64,000 nucleotides of DNA from an uncultured Eubacteriales bacterium (GTDB lineage Bacteria; Bacillota; Clostridia; Oscillospirales; CAG-272), in assembly GCA_902491535.1 (NCBI GenBank), contig CABUHS010000003.1, positions 6,426 through 70,425 on the forward strand, given 5' to 3'. How positions within the stretch are numbered: position 1 is the stretch's first letter; every line of letters starts with the position of its first letter. Positions 37,420-47,347 of the stretch are shown here, piece after piece. The notes beneath the pieces are model-generated. The model was not told the origin of the DNA. It did not search any database and worked only from the letters and a program-made list of their open reading frames with translations. The translations under genes were made by a program, and so were the position numbers.

Positions 37420-38277
37420 TTATTTTGTTTCCGCCGCATATCTGCTGTGGAGCTGATGCCAGAATTCAAGTGTTTCAAAACCGCGTTCAAGCTGATTGCA
37501 CAGGTATGCTTCGCATACAGTGCAAAATTCGTTCATAAGCTCCGGAGCAAGTGAAAATGACAGAAAACGCTTAACCGATGCATTTTCGATGAAACGCAGG
37601 GCTTCGAGTGTTGACGGAGCGAGAATTTTTACGGGAACAGCTCCTCTTTCCATTTCATTTAGCGGCATGAGTTTGTTGTTTATATCCTGCTTTATGCTTT
37701 TTTTGACACATGCTCCGCACCTGAGTGTTCCGCCGATGAGATCGAGCGTCATGCTTTCGGCATTTTGTAAACCGCAATCGGCACATCCCGAAAGCTCCGG
37801 AGCAAAGCCTTCCGTTGTTATCGCCTTGAATTCGAATGCAGCCTTTATCTGTTCCTGAGGCTTTTTGCAGGTCATTACGGCATAGAGGGTATTGAGCATG
37901 AGGCGAAGCATTTCATCGGCGCCTTCGGCATGTCCCTCGGGACAAAGCTCACAGCATATGTCAAAAAAGTACTGTACGAGCGCATAGCAATCGAGTTCGA
38001 GTCTTATCGGATAAAATGTTTCTATCGGAAGTGCTTCGCGCAGCCAGAAGCGTCCGCCTTTCTGATATACTGTAATTTCGCTGAAGCACATGAGCTGGGA
38101 GGACATCATATATTTGCTTTTGATGCTGCGGGCGCCTTTTGCCATGACAGAGATTCTTCCGTATTCTGCGGTAAGTACAGAAAGAAGCTTGTCGGTCTCG
38201 CCTATTATTATTTCGCGTACGACGAGTCCGCGTATACGCGGAACTGAGTGTTCGCTTTTTTCATGACTGTAAGGCAT
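37420..38277 (-). CDS. recO: DNA repair protein RecO
   Basis: N-terminal OB fold (GLVVREIIIGETDKLLSVLTAEYGRISVMAKGARS), a Cys4 zinc motif (CADC...CGAC) and era-recO synteny. Confidence 0.85.
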   Translation of the reverse strand: MPYSHEKSEHSVPRIRGLVVREIIIGETDKLLSVLTAEYGRISVMAKGARSIKSKYMMSSQLMCFSEITVYQKGGRFWLREALPIETFYPIRLELDCYALVQYFFDICCELCPEGHAEGADEMLRLMLNTLYAVMTCKKPQEQIKAAFEFKAITTEGFAPELSGCADCGLQNAESMTLDLIGGTLRCGACVKKSIKQDINNKLMPLNEMERGAVPVKILAPSTLEALRFIENASVKRFLSFSLAPELMNEFCTVCEAYLCNQLERGFETLEFWHQLHSRYAAETK

Positions 38278-38392
38278 ATAAAGCCCCCCTTCGGTTATCC
38301 GATATGGTAAACGGTTCGCTTTACGGAATATTTGAGCCGTATTGTATCACATAATTGTTTATAAGTTTATAAAATTTACGGATTATTATTTA

Positions 38393-39289
38393 TTATTCAA
38401 AATCCTTTTTAAGATTGTATCCGAAATCGTTGAGATAGAAGTTGCTGTCGCGCCACTTCTCTTTGACCTTTACCCAAAGATCGAGATGTACCTTGACCCC
38501 GAAGAATGCTTCGAGATCCTCACGGGAATATGTTCCGATCCGCTTCAGCATTTCTCCGCCCTTGCCTATTATAATCCGTTTATGGGACTCTCTTTCGCAG
38601 AAAATCTCGGCTCTGATGCGTATGAGCGTCTTTTCATCGGTGAACTCTTCAATGGTTACCGCAGTTCCGTGCGGGATCTCGTCTTTGAGTAAACGAAGGA
38701 TCTTTTCGCGGATGATTTCTGCGACGAGCTTGCGCTCCGGTTGGTCGGTTATCATATCATCAGGGAAGAACCACGGACTTTCGACCAGGAATTTTCCTGC
38801 TTCATCTATTACTTCGCGTATTCCTTTCTCCTTAAGCGCGGAGATCGGTACTACCGAATCGAACTGATATTCATCGTTGAACAGTTGTATTGTCTGCGCT
38901 ATCTTTGACGCATCCGAGCGGTCGATCTTATTGATAACCAGGATCGTGGGAACGGACATTTTTTTCAGCTTTTCAATTATGTCGTATTCGATTCTGTGAA
39001 TTTTGGGCTCTGCTTCAACTACAAGTATTGCCGCATCTGTCTCTCCCATCGTTTTCTCGACCGTTCCGACCATGTAATTCCCGAGCTTTGTACGTGGTGT
39101 GTGCATACCGGGTGTATCTATGAAAACATACTGGTTTTCGTCCTCTGTCAGTATTCCGGTTATCCTGTTTCTTGTGGTCTGGGGTTTTGATGATACGATC
39201 GTTATTTTCTCTCCGACCATTGCGTTAAGCAGTGTTGATTTTCCGACGTTCGGACGGCCGAGAATTGCTATAAATCCGGTTTTTGTCAT
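38393..39289 (-). CDS. era: GTPase Era
   Basis: G1 GRPNVGKST, G3 DTPG, G4 NKID, C-terminal KH domain. Start is ATG 39289 with AAGGAA upstream; the ORF-track extension to 39421 is unsupported. Confidence 0.95.
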   Translation of the reverse strand: MTKTGFIAILGRPNVGKSTLLNAMVGEKITIVSSKPQTTRNRITGILTEDENQYVFIDTPGMHTPRTKLGNYMVGTVEKTMGETDAAILVVEAEPKIHRIEYDIIEKLKKMSVPTILVINKIDRSDASKIAQTIQLFNDEYQFDSVVPISALKEKGIREVIDEAGKFLVESPWFFPDDMITDQPERKLVAEIIREKILRLLKDEIPHGTAVTIEEFTDEKTLIRIRAEIFCERESHKRIIIGKGGEMLKRIGTYSREDLEAFFGVKVHLDLWVKVKEKWRDSNFYLNDFGYNLKKDFE

Positions 39290-39436
39290 ATATATAATTC
39301 CTTTTTTCCGGTACCGCTTATCGGCGTACCGATTTTTATAAGTCGGCGGATATATCTTGTAAATCAAAGCGAAAACACAGTACGGTGCGCTGCACCGTTC
39401 TGTGTTTTCCGATATCCGCATGTTTTTTACGTGCGT

Positions 39437-40849
39437 TTATGCGTTGAACGCACAGAGTGCGAGATGAGTCATATAGAGATCGGTCTTGGATACGGTCTCG
39501 TACGGAGCATGCATCGAAAGTACCGGAACTCCGAGATCGACTGTGTCGATTCCGTGGCGGGCGATATATGCAGCTACTGTTCCGCCGCCGCCTGCGTCGA
39601 CCTTTCCGAGTTCGGCTGTCTGCCATGTGATTCCGGCGCCGTCGAGCATACGGCGTATTTTACCGACAAATTCTGCACTTGCGTCCGATGTGTCGTACTT
39701 TCCGCGCGATCCGGTATATTTGCTCATGACTACACCGCGGTTGATGAAGGATGAGTTTTTGTTTTCGTATACATCGGGGTATATGGGATCGAATGCCGCA
39801 CTTACATCTGCGGACAGACAAGCCGAAGCTGCACGCGCAGCAGCCTCATTTGCACCGAGCGCGCCGCAGACTGCGGATATTATATCGGTCATTATATCGC
39901 ACTGCATACCGGAAACACCTTCGCTTCCGATCTCTTCCTTGTCGGCAAGTATGACTATGAGCGAGTGCGGAGAGTCTGCATTTTCAAAAAGTGCGGTAAG
40001 CTCGGGATATGCACAGACTCTGTCGTCGTGTCCGTATGCGCCGATAAGCGAACGGTCAAATCCGATGTCTCGTGCCTTTGCAGCCGGTACGGCGCAAAGC
40101 TCTGCGCTTATGAAATCGGATTCTACAATTCCGTATTTTTCGTTGAGAAGCTTCATAGTATTGAGCTTTATGCGTTCGGACGCATCTTCATCAGGATACG
40201 GTTCTGAGCCGATAAGAACGTTGAGGTTTTCTCCTTTGACGACCTTTGACATCGGTTGGGACATTTGCTCAGAAGAGAGATGAACAAGAAGATCGGTCAT
40301 GATAAATACGGGGTCGGACGGATCTTCACCGACCGATACGTTAATTACCGAGCCGTCTGCTCTGACTATCGTTCCGTGGATTGCAAGCGGTACGGTAAGC
40401 CACTGATATTTCTTTATGCCGCCGTAGTAGTGTGTCTTGAAATAGCTCAGGCCGCCGTCCTCGAAAAGCGGGTGTTGCTTAAGATCGACACGGGGAGAAT
40501 CTATGTGAGCCGCAGATATGCGAAAGCCGTCTTTTTCGAGATTCTCACTGCCGACCGTGAAAAGATAGAGCGCTTTACCGCGGTTGTTATAATAGTATCT
40601 TCCGCCGCGTGAGATGCTGTCGCCGAAATGATATTCGGAAAAACCGTTTTCTTCAGCCATTTTTACGGCGCAGCATACAGCTTCGCGTTCTGTTTTCGCG
40701 CTGTCGAGGAATTTCATGTATCCCTCAGCATAGTCTGACACTGCCTTTTTGGCAGTATCGTCAAGTGTATCGTATGCGTTTTTAGGTTTGAATAACAGAC
40801 GCTCGCTCAGCGCCTTTGTTTTATCACTGTTATTATTTTGATTGTTCAT
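39437..40849 (-). CDS. M18-family aminopeptidase
   Basis: AAHIDSPRVDLK, GAYGHDDRVC and LADKEEIGS metal-ligand regions are typical of M18 (aspartyl/aminopeptidase 1) enzymes. About 470 aa. Confidence 0.8.
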   Translation of the reverse strand: MNNQNNNSDKTKALSERLLFKPKNAYDTLDDTAKKAVSDYAEGYMKFLDSAKTEREAVCCAVKMAEENGFSEYHFGDSISRGGRYYYNNRGKALYLFTVGSENLEKDGFRISAAHIDSPRVDLKQHPLFEDGGLSYFKTHYYGGIKKYQWLTVPLAIHGTIVRADGSVINVSVGEDPSDPVFIMTDLLVHLSSEQMSQPMSKVVKGENLNVLIGSEPYPDEDASERIKLNTMKLLNEKYGIVESDFISAELCAVPAAKARDIGFDRSLIGAYGHDDRVCAYPELTALFENADSPHSLIVILADKEEIGSEGVSGMQCDIMTDIISAVCGALGANEAAARAASACLSADVSAAFDPIYPDVYENKNSSFINRGVVMSKYTGSRGKYDTSDASAEFVGKIRRMLDGAGITWQTAELGKVDAGGGGTVAAYIARHGIDTVDLGVPVLSMHAPYETVSKTDLYMTHLALCAFNA

Positions 40850-41156
40850 TGCAGTCTGATTCCTTTCTGCCGGAGAGGGGGATCTTTCCCGTTCTACCGT
40901 AAGTTTTTAATAACTACACTATATTATAGGAATACAAATTTCTTTTTAATCCATTTTAATACAGATATAATTTTTTGTCAAGCATATAACTCTATGTGTA
41001 TGGAAAATAATTATTTTCAGATATGAACAGACAGGGGATTTACGGATCAATACGCCGAAAGCGGGTGATATATTGTTTTTTTGTTACCTGGATGCAGACT
41101 GTATACAGCGGCATTTAAATATTATCAAAATAATTATATATAATTGCATGCGCAAA

Positions 41157-41185
41157 TTGACAAGCCGTGTAAAATGTGTTAAAAT
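41157..41185 (+). promoter_or_regulatory. Sigma-A type promoter upstream of the sigma-LRR gene
   Basis: TTGACA, 17-nt spacer, then TGtTAAAAT. This leaves a leader of about 150 nt before ATG 41339. Confidence 0.55.
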
Positions 41186-41338
41186 GTCAATATAAATATC
41201 GGAAAAACGGTTTTTAATAAACAGGTATAATTTATAACATTATTTTCAGAGCGTATCGCATATGCGACCGGCGTTCTGCACCGCTGCGGCATTATAACAT
41301 CGCTCGGTGAAGTAACAAGGAAAGGAATTGCTGTAACT

Positions 41339-43048
41339 ATGGATATAACAGAACTTATCGGACGTGCCGTGTCGGGTGATAAACGTGCCGTATTCGGTCT
41401 GTACGATGCATATAAGAACAATATTTATTATTTGTGCAATAAGCTTGTCGGAAATAACGGAGATGCCGCTGCGGGGATGCTGCAATCTACCTTTATGCAT
41501 GTGTTCGGAAAGCTCGGACTTCTAAAAAATCCGGATACTTTCGGAGCATGGAGTTACACTACTGCGGCAAAGCGTTGCCGCTCGTATCTTGCCGGAACAG
41601 GATCTCCGCTTGACTTTTCTGCTGTTTCCGCAAAGCTTCCGGATGGTGCCGGAGATGCAGACAGATTTCCGTACAGTCTTCAGTCGATAGGCTCAGAAAT
41701 TTTGTCGGACGAACAGGCATGCTCGGCGATCGAGGAAGCAGTGGACATGCTTCCGGCACCCGAACGTTTTGCTGTGCTTATGTTCTTTTTCTGCCGTCTT
41801 GATCCAGAGCAGATAGCGAGAAACATGCAGACTTCTCCGGAAAATATCCGTAAATGCATTATTTCCGGCGCAGGTATTATAGGAAATGAGGTCAAGAAAA
41901 GAAGCGCGGAGCTTCCTTCTCTTTCAAAATACCGCGGTGCGGCGGAACTCGGCGATATTCTCAAAGCAAGAGCGGATACTATTGGCGTTCCAGACCGTAT
42001 ATCGGATACGATCGTTGCGACCGGGATGTCTCTTGTCTCATCGTTTGCCGAATCATCTCAGGAAAATCAGGATTATACTTACGAGGATAATTCGGCATCC
42101 GGCAAAGGTTCGGGAAACAGAGCTGCCGGCGTGATTATAATGGTAATTTTAATTCTTCTTATCGGTGCAGTGGCTGTGTTTGCCGTTAAATTTTTACCCG
42201 GTATAGTGGGCGGCGATAGCCCCGTGAATACCGGTGATGTCGGCAGCACATCTGCCGTAGAGTCGGTTTCCGATGAACCCCGGACGTCGGGAGTTCCGGC
42301 TACGGATTCAGCTGCCGTAACCGATCCGGTCACCGATGCGGCTACCGAACCGGTAACTGATGCAGTAACAGTGCCTCCGGAACGTCAGGATCCTCCCCCT
42401 GTTCAGAGTGATTACACTTTTGTCCGCGGAACAGACGGAAGTGTTACCATAACCAAATATAACGGCAAAGATGAACAGGTTACTATACCTTCAGCGGTTG
42501 ACGGCGCACCGGTTCGTGCTATCGGAGAGAGTGCATTCAGAGAAAACAAGACCGTTAAAAAGGTTGTTATCCCCGACGGCGTTCAGTATATCGGAACATA
42601 TGCGTTCCTCAATTGCAGTGCGCTCGAGGATGTGACCGTTCCCTCAAGCGTAAAGAGTGTCGGACTTACTGTTCTCGGCGGAACAAAATGGCTTGAGAGC
42701 CATACTGAAGAGTTTGTCATTATAGGAGACGGCGTACTGATAAAGATAAACTCTAAAAGCAGAGATATAACCGTTCCGAGCGGAGTGAAATATATTTCGA
42801 ATGCATTTTACTATATAGGTACGGTAGAAAACATTACTCTTCCGTCATCGGTATGGGGAATAGGCGAGCTTGCATTTACCGTTTGTATAAAACTGAATAC
42901 GATAAATATTCCTGCGTCTGTTACTTCAATTCATAATGAGGCTATATATCAATGCGATGTGCTGTCTGCAATCAATGCACCGAGCGGCAGCACCGCTGCA
43001 AAATGGTGTACGGAACACGGCTACGGAGCTGTTTTAAAGTCTCAGTAA
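41339..43048 (+). CDS. ECF-like sigma-70 domains (regions 2 and 4) fused via a TM helix and P/T/D-rich linker to an extracytoplasmic BspA-type leucine-rich-repeat domain
   Basis: The N-terminus resembles ECF sigma factors (LIGRAVSGDKRAVFGLYDAYKNNIYYLC, DAAAGMLQSTFMHVF, FGAWSYTTAAKRCRSYL; region 4 is LPAPERFAVLMFFFCRLDPEQIARNMQTSPENIRKCI). TM segment AAGVIIMVILILLIGAVAVFAV. LRR units such as IGESAFRENKTVKKVVIPDGVQYIGTYAFLNCSALEDVTVPSSV. Confidence 0.8.
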   Translation: MDITELIGRAVSGDKRAVFGLYDAYKNNIYYLCNKLVGNNGDAAAGMLQSTFMHVFGKLGLLKNPDTFGAWSYTTAAKRCRSYLAGTGSPLDFSAVSAKLPDGAGDADRFPYSLQSIGSEILSDEQACSAIEEAVDMLPAPERFAVLMFFFCRLDPEQIARNMQTSPENIRKCIISGAGIIGNEVKKRSAELPSLSKYRGAAELGDILKARADTIGVPDRISDTIVATGMSLVSSFAESSQENQDYTYEDNSASGKGSGNRAAGVIIMVILILLIGAVAVFAVKFLPGIVGGDSPVNTGDVGSTSAVESVSDEPRTSGVPATDSAAVTDPVTDAATEPVTDAVTVPPERQDPPPVQSDYTFVRGTDGSVTITKYNGKDEQVTIPSAVDGAPVRAIGESAFRENKTVKKVVIPDGVQYIGTYAFLNCSALEDVTVPSSVKSVGLTVLGGTKWLESHTEEFVIIGDGVLIKINSKSRDITVPSGVKYISNAFYYIGTVENITLPSSVWGIGELAFTVCIKLNTINIPASVTSIHNEAIYQCDVLSAINAPSGSTAAKWCTEHGYGAVLKSQ

Positions 43049-43072
43049 GAAATAAAAAATATTAAATTTACT

Positions 43073-43120
43073 GCAGGTCCGTTTTGCATCGTAAGGGGCA
43101 AAACAGGCCTGCTTGTTTGG
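43073..43120 (+). terminator. Putative terminator after the sigma-LRR gene
   Basis: 15-nt arms gcaggtccgttttgc / gcaaaacaggcctgc (14 of 15 paired), followed by ttgttt. Confidence 0.55.
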
Positions 43121-43264
43121 AATCGGTAAATAAATTTGATCGGCAGTGTGAGGATTTTGAATTAACTTTTTATCTGTTTTTGGCTATGATAAAAAACATC
43201 TCTGCTTCGGAATAAATTCAAAGAACAGTTGCCGATACCGCTGTATGACAAAATGGAGATTTTT

Positions 43265-44440
43265 ATGACAGATCTGCTTGTTAAGCTGTTTGTAAAGAAT
43301 AGTGATGATGTAAAAAATTCCGCAGTACGGACTGCATACGGCAGACTTGCCGGTATTGTTGGTATCATATGTAATGTACTACTTTTCGCGGGAAAGCTTG
43401 CGGTGGGAACGCTGTCAGGCTCTGTATCGGTTACCGCAGATGCATTTAACAACCTTTCTGATGCATCTTCGAGCATTATAAGTCTTATCGGATTTAAGCT
43501 TGCCGAAATGCCCGCCGACAGGGAACATCCTTACGGACACGGACGGTATGAATATATCTCAGGACTTGTGGTTGCGGCTCTTGTTATGGTTATCGGAGTC
43601 GAGCTTTTTAAAACGAGCGTTGAGAAGATATTTAATCCTGAGGAGGTCTCATTCAGTATAGTTACAGCAGTTGTCCTTGCTGTATCCGCACTCGTGAAAT
43701 GCTGGATGATGTTCTTCGGACGCAAGCTCGGAAAGAGGATAAATTCTCAAACTCTTATTGCCGCCGCAGCCGACAGCCGAAACGATGTTATCTCGACCTG
43801 CGCAGTTCTTGCCGCATCTGTTATATCGCATTTTTCGGGTATAGAGCTTGACGGGTATGTGGGACTTGCCGTTGCAGTGTTTATCGTAATAAACGGCTAC
43901 GGTCTGATAAAGGAGACTCTTGATCCGATTCTCGGACGCGCTCCGGAACCGGAGAGAATAAAAGCGATACATGATAAGATCATGAGCTATGACGGTGTAC
44001 TCGGGATGCATGATCTTATAATACATGATTACGGTCCCGGCAGGCAGTTTGCCAGTGTTCATGTAGAAATGCCGGCGGAGATCGATCCGCTTATAAGTCA
44101 TGACCTTATGGATAATATCGAAAAGGATTTCTGGATGTCAGAGTCGCTGCATATGAGTGTACACTATGATCCTGTTGTAACGACCGATCCGGAAGTATGT
44201 GAATTCCGATCATGGCTTACTGAAAATATTTCGCGCATAGACACCGGTCTTTCCGCACATGATATACGTATGGTAAAGGGAAATACTCACACAAATGTAA
44301 TATTTGACTGTGTATTGCCGATTGATTCTAAGATGAGCGATAACGAGCTTAAAGAAAAAGTCAGTTCGGCTGTAGAAGAAAAGTTTCCTGATTACAGGTG
44401 TGTTATCTCTATAGATCGCGGATATACTACTGATGATTGA
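43265..44440 (+). CDS. Cation diffusion facilitator (CDF) family metal efflux transporter
   Basis: Six predicted TM segments, the metal-site motif SDASSS...HPYGHGRYE and D-containing TM5 (AADSRNDV), and a C-terminal cytoplasmic domain. GGAG lies 6 nt before ATG 43265. Confidence 0.85.
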   Translation: MTDLLVKLFVKNSDDVKNSAVRTAYGRLAGIVGIICNVLLFAGKLAVGTLSGSVSVTADAFNNLSDASSSIISLIGFKLAEMPADREHPYGHGRYEYISGLVVAALVMVIGVELFKTSVEKIFNPEEVSFSIVTAVVLAVSALVKCWMMFFGRKLGKRINSQTLIAAAADSRNDVISTCAVLAASVISHFSGIELDGYVGLAVAVFIVINGYGLIKETLDPILGRAPEPERIKAIHDKIMSYDGVLGMHDLIIHDYGPGRQFASVHVEMPAEIDPLISHDLMDNIEKDFWMSESLHMSVHYDPVVTTDPEVCEFRSWLTENISRIDTGLSAHDIRMVKGNTHTNVIFDCVLPIDSKMSDNELKEKVSSAVEEKFPDYRCVISIDRGYTTDD

Positions 44441-44466
44441 AAAAGAAGCAAAATTGTTGAAAATAC

Positions 44467-44495
44467 TTGCAAAAAATTAAAAAGTGTGCTATACT
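44467..44495 (+). promoter_or_regulatory. Sigma-A type promoter driving the riboswitch-ATPase transcript
   Basis: TTGCAA, 17-nt spacer, then TGcTATACT (extended -10). Confidence 0.6.
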
Positions 44496-44533
44496 TAATT
44501 AAGTAATAAAAGTTTTTTATGATATTACTAATA

Positions 44534-44665
44534 TAATATGAGGGAGTAATTCCGCATACTATGTGTGACAAAGTCAACATCGTGGTACATTATGTGTGCC
44601 TGGCTTGTCTGTAGAGAATGAGACTCATATACAGTGCATTGCGCTGTATATGAGTTTATTTTTTT
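44534..44665 (+). promoter_or_regulatory. Probable yybP-ykoY (Mn2+) riboswitch with intrinsic terminator expression platform
   Basis: AUAUGAG-GGAGUAA...GACAAAGUCAACAU...GGCUUGUC...GAAUGAGAC-CUCAUAU parallels the L. lactis yybP-ykoY aptamer (GGGGAGUAG...ACAAAGUCGUCAAU...GGCUUUGU...AGCAAGACC). The 3' strand of P1 (ctcatat, 44624-44630) is also the 5' arm of the terminator actcatatacag / ctgtatatgagt plus T9. Confidence 0.55.
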
Positions 44666-44688
44666 AACATATGAAAAGGAGAGGGAAA

Positions 44689-47331
44689 ATGAAAGAGTAT
44701 CTGTCAACGGCTGACGAGGTAATAAAAAATCTCGGAACCTCTGAGCAGGGCCTCGGGGAATCAGAGGCTGAAAAACGTCTCGTAAAACACGGAGCTAATA
44801 AGCTCGCCGAAGGTAAAAAGGAATCTTTACTTCATAAGTTTTTAGGGGAATTTGCCGATCCGATGATAATTATACTTATCGTTGCGGCGGTAATATCCGG
44901 AATAACATCGGTATATTCTCATGAATCATTTGCAGACGTTATAATTATTATGGCTGTCGTTATAATAAACGCCGTACTCGGCGTTGTGCAGGAGAGTAAG
45001 GCAGAGGCGGCTATAGAGGCGCTTCAGCAGATAGCAGCCGCCACGTCAAAGGTGATACGCGGAGGAAAACGAATTACGGTAAAAAGTGAGGAACTTGTTC
45101 CGGGTGATATCATATTGCTTGAAGCCGGAGACTCAGTCCCTGCTGACGCCCGGATAATTGAAAGTGCAAGCCTGCGTATAGAGGAGGCGGCGCTTACCGG
45201 TGAGTCGGTTCCTGCGAGTAAGACAGAGAGCGTATTGAGTGCTGACGGAAACGGTGATGTTTCGCTCGGAGACCGTAATAATATGGCGTATATGGGCTGT
45301 ACTGTAGTTTATGGACGCGGAACAGCAGTGGTTACTGCTACCGGAATGGATACCGAAATGGGTAAAATAGCAGATGCGCTTTCAAATGCAAAGGAAGAGC
45401 AGACACCTCTTCAGAAAAAGCTTTCGCAGCTCAGCAAGATACTGAGTGTTCTTGTTGTCGGAATCTGTGCGGTTATATTTGCGGTTGATGTAATAAGAAG
45501 TTATCCGAATATCAGCGGAGAAGGCATGCTTGACACCTTTATGGTTGCAGTCAGCCTTGCGGTTGCCGCCATTCCCGAAGGCCTTGCGGCTGTTGTAACT
45601 ATCGTTCTGTCTATCGGCGTAACAAATATGTCAAAGCGTAACGCGATAATAAGAAAACTTACTTCTGTTGAAACTCTCGGATGTACACAGGTAATATGCT
45701 CTGATAAGACCGGAACGCTTACCCAAAATAAAATGACGGTTGTTGAACATTTTTCAGATGACGACGGACGGACCGCGGTAGCAATGGCAGTATGTTCAGA
45801 TGCAAAGCTCGGCGACGGAGGAATTGCGGTCGGAGAACCGACCGAATGTGCGCTTGTAAACGATGCGCATGCGCTTGGTCTTACAGATAAGGTAAACGGA
45901 TATGTTCGTATAGGCGAAGCCCCGTTTGATTCTATGAGAAAGATGATGTCGGTTGTCTGTCGGGGCAGCGACGGTGAGATCGTACAGTTTACAAAGGGCG
46001 CGCCCGATGAGATAATTTCGAGATGTTCGCATGCGCTTATCGGCGGAAATATTGTAGTTATGACAGAGAAGATCCGTGCGGATATTCTTGCTGCGAATAA
46101 ATCGATGGCTGACCGTGCGCTGCGGGTACTGTGTGCGGCGGAGCGTCGGTTTGATCTTCCTCCTGAATCTTTTGATGCAGATGATCTTGAAAAAGAGCTT
46201 TGTTATATCGGACTTTCCGGTATGATAGATCCTGTGCGCGAAGAAGCTAAGGCTGCTGTTGAGGAATGCCGCGGAGCAGGAATGCGCGTTGTAATGATAA
46301 CCGGAGATAATAAAGATACGGCGGTTGCGATCGCAAGCCAGCTCGGTATACTTGAAAACGGTACTGAGGCTATAACCGGATCCATGCTGAACGGAATCAG
46401 TGACGAGCAGCTTGCTAAGGATATAACAAAATATTCTGTATATGCGCGCGTTCAGCCTGAGCATAAGGTCCGCATTGTCAATGCATGGAAGTCCCGCGGA
46501 TATATTACCGCTATGACCGGAGACGGAGTTAATGATGCACCGTCCATAAAGAGTGCTGATATCGGTGTGGGCATGGGAATTACCGGAACGGACGTTACTA
46601 AAAATGTTGCCGGTATGGTACTTGCCGACGATAATTTTGCTACGATCGTTTCGGCGGTCGAAGAAGGACGCCGCATTTATGACAATATCCGTAAGTCAAT
46701 ACAGTTCCTCCTGTCTTCGAACCTTGCAGAAGTTCTCTCGATATTTTTTGCAACAATGCTCGGATTTACAATACTTAAACCGGTGCATCTTCTCTGGATA
46801 AACCTTATAACCGACTGTCTGCCCGCTCTTGCTCTCGGTATGGAGAAGAGCGAAAAGGATATAATGCGGCATGAGCCGAGAAAATCAAACGACGGTATTT
46901 TTGCCGGGGGTATGGGAATAGATGTTGCATTTCAGGGTATACTCATCACGGTAATCACGCTTGTATCGTATTTTATCGGTCATTTTATAGAATCAGGCCG
47001 TTTTGAGGCGGTTAACAGTGCCGACGGAATGACAATGGCATTTTTGACACTTTCGCTTGTCGAGATATTCCATTCCTTCAATATGCGTTCGCGCCGCGGA
47101 TCTGTTTTCGGAATGCATAGTCAGAATAAATGGCTTTGGATGTCTATGGCAGCTTCGCTGATTCTTACGACAGCAGTTATTTATATTCCCCCGCTTCGGT
47201 CTGCATTTGGATTTGAATTGATTTCGCTTGCCGAATATCTGGTGGCAATTGCTCTTGCAGTTTTGATAATACCGATAATAGAGGTTGTGAAGCTTATTCA
47301 GCGAAAGGTATGCAAAGAAAAAAAGGATTGA
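44689..47331 (+). CDS. P-type cation-transporting ATPase (P2-type, Ca2+/Mn2+-ATPase-like)
   Basis: All canonical motifs are present: TGES, PEGL, ICSDKTGTLT, KGAPD, MITGDN, GDGVNDAP. AAGGAGAGGG precedes ATG 44689; the ORF-track start at 44671 lies inside the RBS. Confidence 0.9.
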   Translation: MKEYLSTADEVIKNLGTSEQGLGESEAEKRLVKHGANKLAEGKKESLLHKFLGEFADPMIIILIVAAVISGITSVYSHESFADVIIIMAVVIINAVLGVVQESKAEAAIEALQQIAAATSKVIRGGKRITVKSEELVPGDIILLEAGDSVPADARIIESASLRIEEAALTGESVPASKTESVLSADGNGDVSLGDRNNMAYMGCTVVYGRGTAVVTATGMDTEMGKIADALSNAKEEQTPLQKKLSQLSKILSVLVVGICAVIFAVDVIRSYPNISGEGMLDTFMVAVSLAVAAIPEGLAAVVTIVLSIGVTNMSKRNAIIRKLTSVETLGCTQVICSDKTGTLTQNKMTVVEHFSDDDGRTAVAMAVCSDAKLGDGGIAVGEPTECALVNDAHALGLTDKVNGYVRIGEAPFDSMRKMMSVVCRGSDGEIVQFTKGAPDEIISRCSHALIGGNIVVMTEKIRADILAANKSMADRALRVLCAAERRFDLPPESFDADDLEKELCYIGLSGMIDPVREEAKAAVEECRGAGMRVVMITGDNKDTAVAIASQLGILENGTEAITGSMLNGISDEQLAKDITKYSVYARVQPEHKVRIVNAWKSRGYITAMTGDGVNDAPSIKSADIGVGMGITGTDVTKNVAGMVLADDNFATIVSAVEEGRRIYDNIRKSIQFLLSSNLAEVLSIFFATMLGFTILKPVHLLWINLITDCLPALALGMEKSEKDIMRHEPRKSNDGIFAGGMGIDVAFQGILITVITLVSYFIGHFIESGRFEAVNSADGMTMAFLTLSLVEIFHSFNMRSRRGSVFGMHSQNKWLWMSMAASLILTTAVIYIPPLRSAFGFELISLAEYLVAIALAVLIIPIIEVVKLIQRKVCKEKKD

Positions 47332-47347
47332 GACGATTTTAAATTTG

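Noticed and set aside
42290-42390. A short tandem nucleotide repeat encoding VTDPVTDAATEPVTDAVT in the sigma-LRR gene
   Set aside because: It is an in-frame degenerate linker repeat within a CDS. It is explained as a flexible P/T/D spacer and is not an independent element.
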